Source: Phoronis australis
Lineage: Eukaryota; Animalia; Phoronida
Length of the DNA: 64,000 nt
Reading direction: 5' to 3'
Assembly (NCBI GenBank): GCA_002633005.1
Contig: NMRA01000545.1
Location: forward strand, 93,690-157,689
Made by a program: the position numbers and the translations under genes. Shown here in pieces: positions 1 through 13,600 of the stretch. The stretch's first letter is position 1; every line of letters starts with the position of its first letter. The notes beneath the pieces are model-generated. The model saw only the letters and a list, made by a program, of their open reading frames with translations, was not told the origin of the DNA and searched no databases.

Positions 1-86
1 AGGCTTGTGCGCAAGCTCACAGATTTCGTCCATTGAAAGTATACGGAGTTGGCGGTCCATGTACTATAGTCTATGTTGTCTATAAT

Positions 87-367
87 CTATGGTTGCATAG
101 ACTGTCGTCCTTTCTTTCGCCAGCAATAGCATAGAAAACAAATTATAAAGGCTGTAAATGATGCTATGGCAGTAATTATCATCCACATTGGTTGTCCTCG
201 CAGTCCAAAAAGTGTGAATTTCGGTTGCAATTCTTCAAATCCTTCATAAAGATCACCTCCACTGCAATACCCATCTCCGATGCCACTAAAAAGCCTGTCC
301 GGCTCACAAACATCGTTGTCCAGCTTTAAACTTTTGGCATCCGCGGTTACCGATGGATCTAAAAGAT
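87..367 (-). CDS. Probable terminal exon of a type I membrane protein
   Basis: Acceptor ttgttgtcttcag. Hydrophobic segment MWMIITAIASFTAFIICFLCYCW is followed by basic RKKGR and a stop. Confidence 0.55.
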
Positions 368-1239
368 CTGAAGACAACAAAGTATTCGAGACATTTTGTA
401 TCTTTCAAATGGATGATGGATGACGTCGATGGTATATGAGTTGCATTTTTTTCTTATAATGCATGTACGCGATTCACTTCGCCGCTTCCGTTGAGCAATC
501 GGCTAAGACATTTGATTGACCTGTAAGGCGGAAGAAGCAATCCAGAGCCAATTAAAGGTCTTAGCCAATTGAACTGGTGGAAATCAAACCACATGCTGAT
601 ATTTGATTTGCAAAAGTTTCCAACTAAATATCAAACAAGTGCTTTAGTATTTTTAAATGCTATGAGACTAGGTTGGGTTGGTTAGATACATATGACAAGC
701 TTTATTGTATCCTGTTTAGCTGGATCAAAGCAAACATGGAACCAGGCCTCTAATTCCCAACAAATAGGTCTAAAAACTCCTCACCGTAAACAGACTTGTT
801 CTCTTACCAAGAAGAACACACAAACCCTCAACAACCAACGAAACGAGTCGGAAAATCGTCTATTTTGGCGTTGGCCAAAACTGAAATTTGCACAGGGAAT
901 TTAATTTGAAAATAGACCAGTTACGTGACCCAACAATATACGTTTTCCGTGAATACATTGCTCACTAGCGGCTGATTTTGATCATTTGGTTTGAGTTACG
1001 TGCTTTATAAATGAGGTTATATGTCTTGCTTGTTAATTATTTCAGTAATTTCCTGGTTGCCTATTATTTTCCGGAAACGCTCTTCTTCCCAAAAATACCA
1101 TAACACCTCTTTGTCAAAACCGAAATTGCTACTATGGGATGATGTAAAGGTCGAGTTCTTCCAAAAATCGACTTGTGATGAAGAATTGCCAACACCTTTC
1201 CCTGTGTTTAGTTTCATTGAAAACTGTCAATCAGTTCTC

Positions 1240-1310
1240 GCCCTACCTACACCCCTAGCCCCTGCTCTACCTACACCCCTAGCCCTTGCTCTACCTACAC
1301 CCCTAGCCCC
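1240..1310 (+). repeat. 24-bp tandem repeat, about 3 copies
   Basis: ctacctacacccctagccc(c/t)tgct is repeated. Confidence 0.9.
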
Positions 1311-3717
1311 GGGGCAGAAGCAGATTGAAAAGTGGCATGCACAGCTTTCTTGATGCCCTACACCCTTTGGTTCGAACTGTATAAAAATCATTGCCAAGGG
1401 TTTTGAGATACATAGTATACAACTGGACAATGGGGCAGCAAGACTAAATGGCGACTAGGGATGCTGCAAGGATCGAAACCACCTGAAAATTGACTGCTTT
1501 CGGCACCTTGCCTTCACATACCAATATGTCAAGTTCCCTTGAAATCCACCAGCCGGTTCCCAAGACATCCGCAAACTTTCTCCCCTCTAAAAAAAGGGAA
1601 AATCCTCTTGTTGAAAGCAAAACGGCCATTAGATAGTGCTATATATCAAACCCGTCTGAAAATCGACTGGTGCTAGCAGATACCTACTGTGCACCACTGG
1701 GTCAAGTTTCCGTAAAACCAAAATCGGTTCTCTATATACCATTCGGAAACACTCTTCTCCCCAAAAGGTTTGAGGTATCGGCCAGACAACTGGACAATAA
1801 GACATTCGAATAAATTGGCCACTAGGGGTGAAGTTACTCAAAATCGCCCAGTGTTGGTGCATTGTCGTCCCATAGCTCTTTGTCAAGTTTCATTGAAATC
1901 AGTCCACCTATTTTCTTGATATCATCCGGAAACGCTCCTCCCTCTAAAAACATTGAAAATCCACCCGCTTGTCATTTTCTAAAAATAAATCTGAAAATTG
2001 GGTGTTACCTCAACGCGGCACTTAAATTAGAGACGTTGCCTGAAAAGGGTCTTCTTTATTTTCAGTAATATTGAGTATGCCATGAGAGGTTATTCTTATT
2101 GGGTTTAAAACCACAAAAATGACTCAGTCATGAAAGCATCATTAGAAAGTTCAATCAAACGGGTGAAACGTTAAAGAGGCATGGAAAGCGAAAGCTCGTC
2201 AAAAATATCTTGTAAACAATTCCTGACGAAAGTCCCATCTCGCAACGTCTAGTGCAGAGTAATTCACTTTCCCCAGTGAGGAAATTTCCAGAAAAAATCA
2301 CAAAAACTTCACGATTTTTGAAATACGCGCGAAGGAAAACTCACTATTAGTTGCTTGAAGTCGCCTGAAGTCGAAGGTCATATTTCCCATAAGTATAAGG
2401 GAAATATGTTACGTCTGTGTCTTGCTACACCAAACAAGGAGACGTGGTTTGCCTCCTGGGAGAATAATCGAGGAAGTGGCGAGCAGTTGACAGATCGCTT
2501 TTTTGAAATTTGAAACTAAAAGAAATAGTTTAATATCAACATATCAAATTCTCGTTTTTCTTCGAAACCCATACAACAGGTTCTTTCACATGATTCCTTG
2601 ATGCTCATGGTATTCATCAGTTTCACGAAAGATATAACCAGACAACAATTTGACCACAAGGGGGAGTGACTGTAATAATCAGTATTGGAAGTGTTGGCAC
2701 ATCGTCATTTAAACTGCAATCAAACCAAAAAGTTTTCAACATTAACACTTTCAACATTTTCAAAAGAGCCACACAGGAACACAGGACCAGGCATTCAAAA
2801 TTCAGTAGCACATGTAGTTCGCGGTGTGGTGGGCGCACCGGTTTGCGTTGTTTTTGTTAAGCAAGAGTGTACGGGATGGGTTATCCGTTAAAAACAGCAG
2901 ATGTCGTCGCATACACCATTAGCGTATCACAGTGAGTTACAAAAGCAGGACCCAACTAGGAGCACATACTACTAGTGTCACAGAATTGTTCTTAATAGGT
3001 GTGCCTCACAGCTCTGTTTCACTCGCCTAAAGCAAAGGTCACGCTTACCAGACTTTGAAAGTTTTCACAATTTGCTACAAGAGCATGATTCTAAAAGTTG
3101 TACCAGAGAAGGCTTTTTCAATTTAACCAAGAGTAAGATAACATCACGTTTACAGTAAAGAATATTACAACGTCTTATACCATTCCCAGACCGAGGTAGA
3201 TTTAGGATTTATTCGTTGGCATTAACTCATCCACTTTCATTACGAGAACTACGGAAACAGTGTTTGTTACAACAGAATCGAGGTAAAAAATTAGGGCACC
3301 ACCTTTGACTACTCCATAGATGCTTTTGCGTTCGCGTGCTATCCAGACTCACGTTTACCTGAATTAGGTGCGAAAAGTCATTGTGTGAAGCTCCGGATGT
3401 GATCAGACAAATTTTAACAGAACCACGCCCTTGGAACACATTCAATACTTGTGCGAATTCGCCATTATGCTTGAAAACGAGGTGTTGTGTCCAAACTACA
3501 ATGGTTCTGCATGTTTGGAACAAGCGCGCTTTCGCGTTTGCGTTGTTAAAACTGATGTTAAAACGAGGCATTGTGTCCTAAGCAACAATGCACAGCAATC
3601 ATTATTGCAACGTCACCAAAGTATGCAAGTAATGAATTGTGGTTCATACCAGGTAAGCCAAAACTAGCGTAAGCAAAATTTTACATCATTGTCATCTTAC
3701 TGGGGAAACATACTCAC

Positions 3718-4084
3718 CGGTTGCACTCATAATGCACCACGAGAATTGCACGGGATTTGCCGCACTTGTCCGCTACACTCGTCTCCAACGCAGTTACTTC
3801 GTGTGCTCCCAGAAGATAGAGACACACCGAACGGTCTTTACAGTAGTCGCGCATCGACCTCATAATCATATCGTCGGTGACATGCACGGAACATTGGCTC
3901 GCAATCATGCAGCACTCGTTTATGCTGGCAGAATAAGAGCCACCCGGAAAAAGGCATGTGTTAGTGTCCACGTTAAAAGTTACGTAAGCAAACAAAGGCC
4001 TGATGTAGAACTTGGTCTTGGTGTTGCTGCCCGAGCACCTCATGCACACCGTCTGCATTTCATCACCCAAACAACTAAAGGTCC
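3718..4084 (-). CDS. Exon encoding a divergent SUEL/rhamnose-galactose-binding lectin-like domain
   Basis: Acceptor tttttgtag and donor GTGAGT. Cys pattern ends C-x4-VC...DKCGKSRAILVVHYEC, resembling the SUEL DPCxGxxKYLxVxYxC motif. A possible phase-compatible first exon lies at about 4146-4208. Confidence 0.55.
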
Positions 4085-6550
4085 CTACAAAAAGAACACA
4101 AAAGCTTCAAAACAGTGCCCATGGAAGGCACAAATGCCATTTACCGCTAGTCAATCTGTTTATCCTAACTAATAACTCAAAACGAAAGAAAAGATGGCAT
4201 GGACGCATCTGAATGCCGCGTACACACGCGCGCACTCATCGAACCATTGAAACAGAAATGAAAAACTCATATTATGCCCGGGAATTAGCTACGTTATACT
4301 TACGAATCGTTTTACCAGTAGTCAGGTTATGCATCGCCTCTTGTTCCGACCATTGGAAAGACGGCACCCCGTAAAACACACCCAGTGTGGCTGAAATGAG
4401 GCGGGTTGGTTAAAATAACGGGTTAAAAATGATAGCCTTTCATAATTTAATGATTTAGTTAAATTTAGTATGGAGCTTTTAGCATTTTTTCATCGATATG
4501 CCATCGAAATTTGGAAGTTGATGTTAAACGCCGAACATTCTTATATTTTGGTGTCACTTTGTCACAAGGAATTTCCGCAGGTAAGCCAATAAGCCTAAAT
4601 GTATTCGGGAATTGACGGTTTAGTAGAAAGACTTTAAGAACGCCAAAAAAACACAATCACAACAAAAATAACAACGTCAGGTGTGCAAACAAAACTTCGT
4701 GAACCCTCGAAACAAGAACTCATGACTTTTACACAAAAAGTGGTTCTTGCGATACGCGGACTATTCCGCGAGGGCAAGGGCTGGGAGGATTGGGGGGTGG
4801 GGGTGTGTACATTCATTCATACATTCATAGTTTTTTACATGTATTTCGAATAAGTAAAAAATGTAAAGCACAGTGTTTGTAGAGAATATTATTTCAAGAA
4901 GGCAGTTTTATAAAACGCAAAACTATATTTCTCCATGGACCCTTCTCTGGCAAGGGATAATGGAGTCATCTGTCCCCCTTTTTTGTTTTTTTTTCTCGAA
5001 AACGTACATCACTTGCCAAAAATCAAGAACCGTCAGTTGCTGCTCATTTTCTGTTTTTTTTTAAATCATAGATTAGTTCATATTTACATGTAGTAGCCCT
5101 GTCCGTGGAGGAGACCCGTTGACGGCATCCATGCGGCCACACCTTTCGTGTCTTTATTGAACTATTTAAAGGGCACCAAACCCGGTTTTGTCCTATTAAT
5201 AGATATTAGAAATAACGTTATCAGATATTTCTCTGAAACAAAATAATGCTCTGTAATTCTCGACAACCTTAAAATATTTCGAGTTGAATTTGAAAATTCC
5301 TTACAAAGTCTGCTAAATGGAAAGCGTGACCTACGCTTTAGGCGAGTTCCACGATAATTGTAGGGAAAGACCACTCATCAAGAAACACAACAGTGTCAGT
5401 ATCAGTTTTTAGTTGCATTCTGCTTCTATCGCTCAAAATGGACGCCAATGATGAATTAGCATATGACAGAACGAGGATTGGTTGAAATCATCAAAAACGA
5501 GGTTTAGCATCCTTTTAAGGGAGATATGGCCCAATAATCAGAGTTTAAATACATTCAAACTGATAATAAATTATGTGGAGGGCACTCAAATAACATTCAT
5601 GGGCGCGCGAAAACAGAGCTCCGGAATTGCGTCGGGAGCGTCCGCCAAGAACCGTCGTCTGCCATGAACGTTTTACATCACAAAATAAGGTCCTTGAAAT
5701 TGTGATTTTGGCGTTTTTTGGCATTTTCTGTCGTCAAATCACTACTCGAAGTCAATTTGAAATGATCATATGAAAGAAGGTATTCAAAGATTTGTTAGAT
5801 GCTGATTTCGTGAAGTTCCATGCACATTTGAGTAGAAAATTCTGGGCAAACAGATTTTGAGTGTCCAGCCTTTATGTTTTCTTAGTTTTGAGTGACGTCA
5901 GTGGTGATCGGGGAACAGATAAACTCAAGCGCCTTTGCTCACGACACGGTGTGTTGAATTAGCAGCGGTACAATTTCGGCGTTTTTTTATCGACGTGGTT
6001 TGGAGTTGCCATGAGTGTCGAGACAAGCTGGAGTCACTTTAAAATTTGAAACACGTTTTACTATAGTGAACATTGAGCAAAAATCCAGTGCAATCTAATG
6101 AACAATTTTATCTGCACAATAAAGTGCTTCGAGAATGACACTTGAAGAATAAAAACATGTGGTACTTACCCCAAAAGGCTTTATAATCCCAAATAGTGAT
6201 GTAATTTCACTTTTGAAAATGAAGTGCACCATTTGTGCACAGGCGCTTGAGTTTATCTGTTCCTCGATCGCAAATGACGTCACTCAATACTATGAGTCAT
6301 CGGGAAATTCGAGCGCCTGTGCATTTGTGCTGCGAAAAAGTTGATTTGTTAACGTGATCTCTTGTGCAACGACTGAAGAAGTGACATCACGAGCGTCACT
6401 TTCTCATTAGCCTACGCTGTATAAGTATAGCGGGTGTAATTACAATACAAAACTGCTATTATCGTCGACGGCTAACCCTAGTTCAAAGTATATACAAGGC
6501 AACAGGGAAAAAGATCGTGGGACATCTGTAGCAGTAGACTTTGTGCGAAT

Positions 6551-7432
6551 CTGTATAAGTATACAGCTCTGTATAAGTGTACAGCTCTGTATAAGTATAC
6601 AGCTCTGTATAAGTATACAGCTCTGTTTAAGTATACAGCTCTGTATAAGTGTACAGCTCTGTATAAGTATACAGCTCTGTATAAGTATACAGCTCTGTAT
6701 AAGTATACAGCTCTGTATAAGTATACAGCTCTGTATAAGTATACAGCTCTGTATAAGTATACAGCTCTGTATAAGTATACAGCTCTGTATAAGTATACAG
6801 CTCTGTATAAGTATACAGCTCTGTATAAGTATACAGCTCTGTATAAGTATACAGCTCTGTATAAGTATACAGCTCTGTATAAGTATACAGCTCTGTATAA
6901 GTATACAGCTCTGTATAAGTATACAGCTCTGTATAAGTATACAGCTCTGTATAAGTATACAGCTCTGTATAAGTATACAGCTCTGTATAAGTATACAGCT
7001 CTGTATAAGTATACAGCTCTGTATAAGTATACAGCTCTGTATAAGTATACAGCTCTGTATAAGTATACAGCTCTGTATAAGTATACAGCTCTGTATAAGT
7101 ATACAGCTCTGTATAAGTATACAGCTCTGTATAAGTATACAGCTCTGTATAAGTATACAGCTCTGTATAAGTATACAGCTCTGTATAAGTATACAGCTCT
7201 GTATAAGTATACAGCTCTGTATAAGTATACAGCTCTGTATAAGTATACAGCTCTGTATAAGTATACAGCTCTGTATAAGTATACAGCTCTGTATAAGTAT
7301 ACAGCTCTGTATAAGTATACAGCTCTGTATAAGTATACAGCTCTGTATAAGTATACAGCTCTGTATAAGTATACAGCTCTGTATAAGTATACAGCTCTGT
7401 ATAAGTATACAGCTCTGTATAAGTATACAGCT
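6551..7432. repeat. 18-bp satellite (CTGTATAAGTATACAGCT), 49 copies, quasi-palindromic
   Basis: 882 bp of near-perfect array. Only three substitutions were noticed, all in the first six units. Confidence 0.98.
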
Positions 7433-8399
7433 TTGGAACGATCTGTGTAAAAAGTGAGCAAAACAGAATCTTCATCAAAGTTAATGTCATAGTAGTTTGT
7501 ATCCTTGGCTCAAAGTTGAAAACTAAATATACAGCTTTGCGCAGATGTGGGTAAAAAAATGACCAGATAAAATGTCACACAAAATTAATGTCATTAAAAA
7601 CTACACTCTTCCTTGAGTAAACTAAATTACTTAACGGTGGTGTAAAAATGGCGTTCTACCGTTATTCACCCCGGCCAAACCGCGATCGAGAACGAAATTT
7701 GGCGCGAGAAGCGAAGCCACGGCAGGCAAGGTAAATTTGATGAATGGCGTTCTTTTTACTTCCAATGTGAAAACAGAGACATGAGTTCAAGGCGTAACAC
7801 ATTGAGGAAGCACAGGTAGAGGTTTAGGCTAGTGTCTCTTCCAATTATAGGAGAAAAGTTACGTTGACAGAGGCACCGCTTAAGCCCAAGGTGATTTGTA
7901 TGTCATTTTGGTAAATTGCCGTTATTTTTGGCACTAAATCAATGAATTGACCATGGAGTTATGAAGAAATGACGCGTGAAAATATAACGCAACGCTTGTT
8001 TTTTTGTAGTTTTGTCAGGATCTCTGATTTTTCGACGGTTTTCTGCTGAAAGATGCGATCTAGAACGCAACGATAAGCGATCGAGAACGCAAAATTGTGT
8101 TTGTTTATGCGATCGGGAACGCATCGTAATGAACTTTTTACTTATAAAACGTGGAAAAGGTTACAAATTAAGTGTGGTGCAATGAATTAATCACTTTTTG
8201 TGTCATAACTTACTGGGTTATTACACGGTTGTATCTGCCATTCGAGGTTAATATTGTGGTATATATATATCATTAAAACACGACTTTGATCTGTTTTTAC
8301 TAGTTTAATCTCAGTTCTTTCCAACTCTCTAAATAGAGATCTTGTCTTTACATCGCAACAGTGCAACAAAAATCCAAACGACATCAGTAGGTAACATAT

Positions 8400-9791
8400 T
8401 TTAAAAAGCGACATTTCGAGACACATATCTCATCTTCAGGCTTCTATTTACAACTAGTTCACAGTGAAACGCACATCAGAAATGACAAATGCAATATAAC
8501 ACGTGAAGTTGGCATGCGCAACTATGACGATAAAAACATATATAAATATACATACGTTGCTGAGCAACATAATCTATAGATCACTGAAATAAGAAAGAGT
8601 CCTTCGAGTTCCAGAGATAGCTGCTCGTTCAAACTGGGTTTTTCTAACATTATTAGAAGCGACTCTAATGTTCGTAACCTATGTACATCATTGTCAACAA
8701 TTTCCTGACGAGTTATTTTGCGACCATGAAATTTTGAAAATGGTCTTTTATGGAACCGTTTTTAGATGCATTGAAAGTTGCCGTGACAAGGAACATATTC
8801 TGTGCCCAATGTAATTTTGTTTCTGATGTGGACGAAAACATTCAACCGCGGGACAATTAAACTCATAAACAACATTACATCTAGAAACAGTGCGGACCTT
8901 CTCAAGACTAATATTGTTTCTCATCACTAAATTAGATGTCTTCATATTCTTGTTATAAATAATTACATCTAGTTTGTCATTAGGACTAATAACTCTTACA
9001 TTATTATAGATTATGTTCTTTAGGACTTGTTCATCTTGTACATAACTTTTGGACATACAGTTTTTGTAGAACAGTTTTTTAACATTAGGCCTACCAGTAA
9101 ATGGTTGTACGCGATAACGTTGTTCAATTTTTGAGACAAACCGATTAATATGCTTATCCACAAATGAATTTGTGTAACCATTATTTATTAGAAGTTGTTG
9201 GACTTCACTAATGAACAGTTTCCAGTCTGATGAAATATTGTGAGCTCTCTTTAAAAGATTGACTAAAACAGCTATCTTTTAACGCTCAGGACAGTCACTA
9301 TCAGCATGGAGACAAACACCTTTGTCAGTAGGCTTGAAACCATAGATATCATTATTAACAATGTATATAATCATCCAAATTTGAAACCTCCTGAAATTCC
9401 TAAGGACATACTTAAAGAAATGCTATTAACTTGAACTACGACGGTACCATTTCGACATGTAAATGGTAAACTATTTTTACAGAAAGATGGTGTTAGTATG
9501 GGTTCCCCATTAGGCCCAACGTTCGCTGAATTTTATACGTCAGAAGTTGAAAAACGAGTTAAATCTAACATTTACCACATTCCTATAGATGTTCGATTTG
9601 TTGATGATATTTTCGTCTATTGTAATTTTGATGAAATGGTATCGCTTAAGACTGTGCTTGAGCACCAGTCAATATTGAAATTCACTCATGAAACATCTAT
9701 GAATGATAAGATACCATTTTTAAATGTACTTATATGTAACTCAGACACAAGATTCATCACATCAGTTTATCACAAGCCTACTGACAAAGGT
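8400..9791 (-). mobile_element. Penelope-like element (RT plus GIY-YIG), 5'-truncated and 5'-inverted, decayed
   Basis: RT motifs GSPLGP...RFVDDIF...YHKPT on the plus strand at 9338-9791. The continuation and GIY-YIG region (NVVYEFNC...YIG) run on the minus strand from 9337 to about 8600. A hammerhead motif lies at the 3' end. Confidence 0.88.
8404..8446 (-). ncRNA. Minimal hammerhead ribozyme motif of a Penelope pLTR
   Basis: Minus strand reads AGAAGC-CTGAAGA-T-GAGATatgtGTCTC-GAAAT-GTC-GCTTTT, giving the core boxes, stem II, a GUC site and stem I pairing AAGC with GCTT. Confidence 0.65.
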
Positions 9792-10472
9792 ATTCGTCGA
9801 CTTGAAAACAACACGCTCGTGCAACATCTTTCGAGAGATGGTGTCAACTTCGCCGAGGAAAAATTTACTGATCAATTCAGTTTTGCTGGTAACCCAATAT
9901 CAAAAAAGTATAAATAAGTAGAACCAATTCCGATATTTTGTTGTCCTACATCCAACAAACAACAAATATGCATATACATATGAGGTAGTCCGAGAATTTC
10001 CTCCCCAGTGGGTGCGAAGATATGTTTCTCAGTACACTTACATTCATTTATGCCTTGTCTTCAAACTTTGTTATTCCAAACAGTCCTAAAATTGACTTTC
10101 ACGAGAAATTATCTACATATTTTAGAGGATGTAACCCTCGAGTCAATTGAAACCTTAAGTAAAGGATAATGGGGTTATAATACAACTTACAAGTCTATGG
10201 GGACTGTTAGGTGAAAACAAAAATGACCGCTAGTCGAAAGATCTCCGGCCAGGAGTGACCAGTTTACTCCTTGGAATGCTATGGTTCGCGAGAATAGGTC
10301 AAAATCACAAGTGGATACATATATGAAATGGGTTCAAAAACCCGCGATTGACGAAGTCACATTTTGTCCTTACACGATTTGTGACTGAGCCTGTTATGTG
10401 GCTATAGGTTCCTCGAGAAAACTGGCGGAACTAGTGTGATAGAATTCGACGTGTAGTTCACTGAAGTTAGTG

Positions 10473-10621
10473 CTACCAGTCGGCCGTAAACACTTCCTCT
10501 GCTACCAGACGACATCCGGAATTATAGCACGTCCACGCTTCATTCTTGGGCCAGTGATTACATTTCTGGACGTACATGCGAATATTGTATGAGCCAGCAG
10601 GAAGATTGCAGAAGCCATCGA
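10473..10621 (-). CDS. Exon 12 (terminal): end of CTHRC1_C domain 3 (absent from the ORF track)
   Basis: Acceptor ctttaccag, then IDGFCNLPAGSYNIRMYVQKCNHWPKNEAWTCYNSGCRLVAEEVFTADW followed by TAG. Confidence 0.85.
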
Positions 10622-13600
10622 CTGGTAAAGAAATGATCCAATACTAATTAATTATGAATAAAGTAATGCATAAATCTGTTTGGCATGAGGAAATCAGATG
10701 TTTTCAGTTTCATATTTAAAGAGACATTATCGTTTTTACGGCCAAAATCCCCATTTTTGGGATTGTTGCTAGTTGCGGTAGATTTTCTGAAGTTGTAATG
10801 ACTACACCTTTACAACAAGAAAATTTGTTTTTTTGAGATTTTGTTACAAATCGCCAGTTCTCGTCGATGTTTTCTAGACACTTGCTGAGAACAATGCCGG
10901 TGAATTTACCGGTTAAGTACGTCTAAAATAATGTAGTCATTTATCAACTGCGGTTTGACTCGTCCACAAAGCGTTTGACTGTGAATACGCGTGTGCCTGG
11001 TTCATAAAAATTACTCTTCTCGACGATAATGTCACTTAAATGCCCGATTGGTTACAAGTCTCAGCAATTTCCATGAATTTTGTGCTAACGTTACGAGTAC
11101 CTTTATTGACAAGTCTGTACATAGACAAATGCGTACAAAACCGTAGAAATACTGAGTTGCTAAACTGTCGTAAAAGAATATATTTTCTAAAAGCAGAAAA
11201 CCAGTAGAATATATTTTTGACTTAAAGGGTCAATATCCATTTTACGACCGAAAGGCGCATACTTGGTGTTTCTGTAGGACGGGGTAGATTTCATTTGCGT
11301 TGACCAGAGCTATAAAACAACCAAATCCGATGTGCTTTTGCGATCTTATTACTGACATACAGTCGGGAAATTGAGACCCCTGTCTTCACTAGTTCAATTC
11401 GCTTGCACTTTACCTGCATAGCGTCACACAGCGACCGTGAGATATTATATTCCACAATAAATATATACTGAGTTAAAATCTGGTTTCATAGACATTTGGC
11501 TAAATATACAGACTCGTCAACAAGCTCTACACAACTTTAAGCAAACAGAAAAGTACATGTGCATTCATAGCAAAACAACAACATAAATATACCATCAAGC
11601 ATTTGGTATAAATATTTCAGATGAAATCTAAAAATGCTGTTTCAGTTTTCTTAATTTGCTACCATCCTGACAAAGGATCGACTTTTAGATGTCTTTTAAC
11701 TTGTAAAGACCTTGGTTTCACCGAATGTTTGACGTCGAAAATCGGTAATTTGTATACAAATCACAAAAACGCATATCGAATTTTGTTTTTATATAGCTCT
11801 GGTGAAATGTAATAATCTCAAGAAGTCTAACCTATCTAACAACTATCCCCAAAATGCGTTTTGTCGGTCGCAAAACCCCGGCCACAGTATACCGTCCATT
11901 TAAAAAAGAATTCCACACATGGTTTTGTAGCTAATAAAGTAAAAAAGTAGTTGCAAACATCAGGTGAAAAAATATCTCTGGAAATTGTGGCAAACACCAT
12001 GAAAATCAAGATTTTAAAGAAAACACAGTCACGTGATTACGCAGACTTGCCTTCAATTTTGTTAGCAAAATGAAATTCGGTGATCACCAAGAATTTTAAA
12101 ACATATATAGCGTTATATTTAGCGATTAATACTTAAAATGTAATCTATGAAATTTGATCCTTAGAAACTAAATTGTCTTTGGGAACGAGAAGAACGCAGA
12201 GCGGCGAAATGCGCCCACGACTGCACCTCAAATGGTATACTCCAGTCGGTGTTCATAAGTATCTTAAAAATAGCCATTAGATGATGGTGCAATAATGTCA
12301 AACACATTGAAATAGAAGGCGTCGTCCGCTCCCCAATAGAAAACCATTTGTCAAATTTCATGAAAATCCGTCAAACTAGGAATTCCTAAGATGCATTGGC
12401 AAACGTAAAAAATAAATTGTCGCTAGGTGGCATTGCGATAGTGCGATCCTCCCATGTATTGCCATAAGTCCCAAAGTTCTTCTAAGGGGTTTAAGAGAAA
12501 CAGCCGTCTGAAAATCATCAAATCGTACTCTTGTCAGTGGGGCTCATTTGCAAATTTTCGTAACGATCTTTCCTGTTCCTGGGGTGTATGCCTTGTCGGG
12601 GCGGAACAGCTTGCGTATCTCCGTGACCTCTAGAGCTTTACCGGCGGGAGTTTAAAACTCCTGGCAGGGCTACCCATGCCGGGCAGGTTGAAAGGTAGAG
12701 ATCAGACGAAATTCACCCCCAAACACTACCTAAGGTCACACTAGGGTTGGGCGTAAGGCCAAATCCCTTACCCTGTAAATCATTGCTCCTGTTACCTACG
12801 AAAAGGACAACTCTTACATCAAAACCTGGGCAGACTGGGCTCATCAGCCATAGAAGGCAACCAGTTTAGGAGAAGGCCACTCCGAAATGAAACCATGTGC
12901 TGCCACGAAAACGGAGCATGTCGGCTAATGACAGCGAGCACCTTCTGTACCTGTACCACCTTCCCTGCAGAAGAGAACTAGACATGCACGTATTTTACCC
13001 ATCATGGCCATGCAAACGGATATTAGACGGTATGGTGCTCGTCCCGTGGTTCGCCAGGCGGTGACAGCGCCGGTTCCTCAGCCACGAAAGGACCCACCTT
13101 TAGCGAATGGTGAGGCGAATCCAAGACTCAACCGAAGGCAGCAAAGCTCAGTGCTAGCTAGCCAACATAGTCAGTCGGAAACATAAGTTGCTCCGCTTGT
13201 CTTCGCACAGTGGAACGCTGAGGGTCTTCGCAAGAAGAAACCCGAGCTCCAAGATTTCCGCCGTAGAGAGCAAGTGGACATCATCTGTATCCAGGAGACA
13301 CACCTTCATTGCTTCTTCATCAGAGGTTACGAGCTCTTCCGACATGACAAAATCAACTGTTCCAACGGAATGGTCACAAACCAGCTAGGAGGGAGCGACC
13401 ACCTACCAGTGACTACTAGAACAACCCTCCGTCACAAAAAAGAGCCTAGCTGGAACTACAAAAAGGCAAACTAGACGAAGTTTAAAAAAACTGACAGGCA
13501 CACTCTGCAGAAAAACCACCATTGACTCAAAGCAAGACATCATTATCAAAGTCAGGCGGATTTCCAACTGCATGCTCCAGGCGGCACGTCAGAGCATTCC

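Noticed and set aside
6478-7490. Three long ORFs (RAVYLY, CISIQL and TELYTY repeats) and a CRISPR-like appearance
   Set aside because: They are by-products of an 18-bp satellite that is stop-free in several frames. There are no unique spacers and no cas genes, and the context is eukaryotic.
13100-13135. GEANPRL as a 2A-like peptide in the LINE leader ORF
   Set aside because: It does not match D(V/I)ExNPGP.
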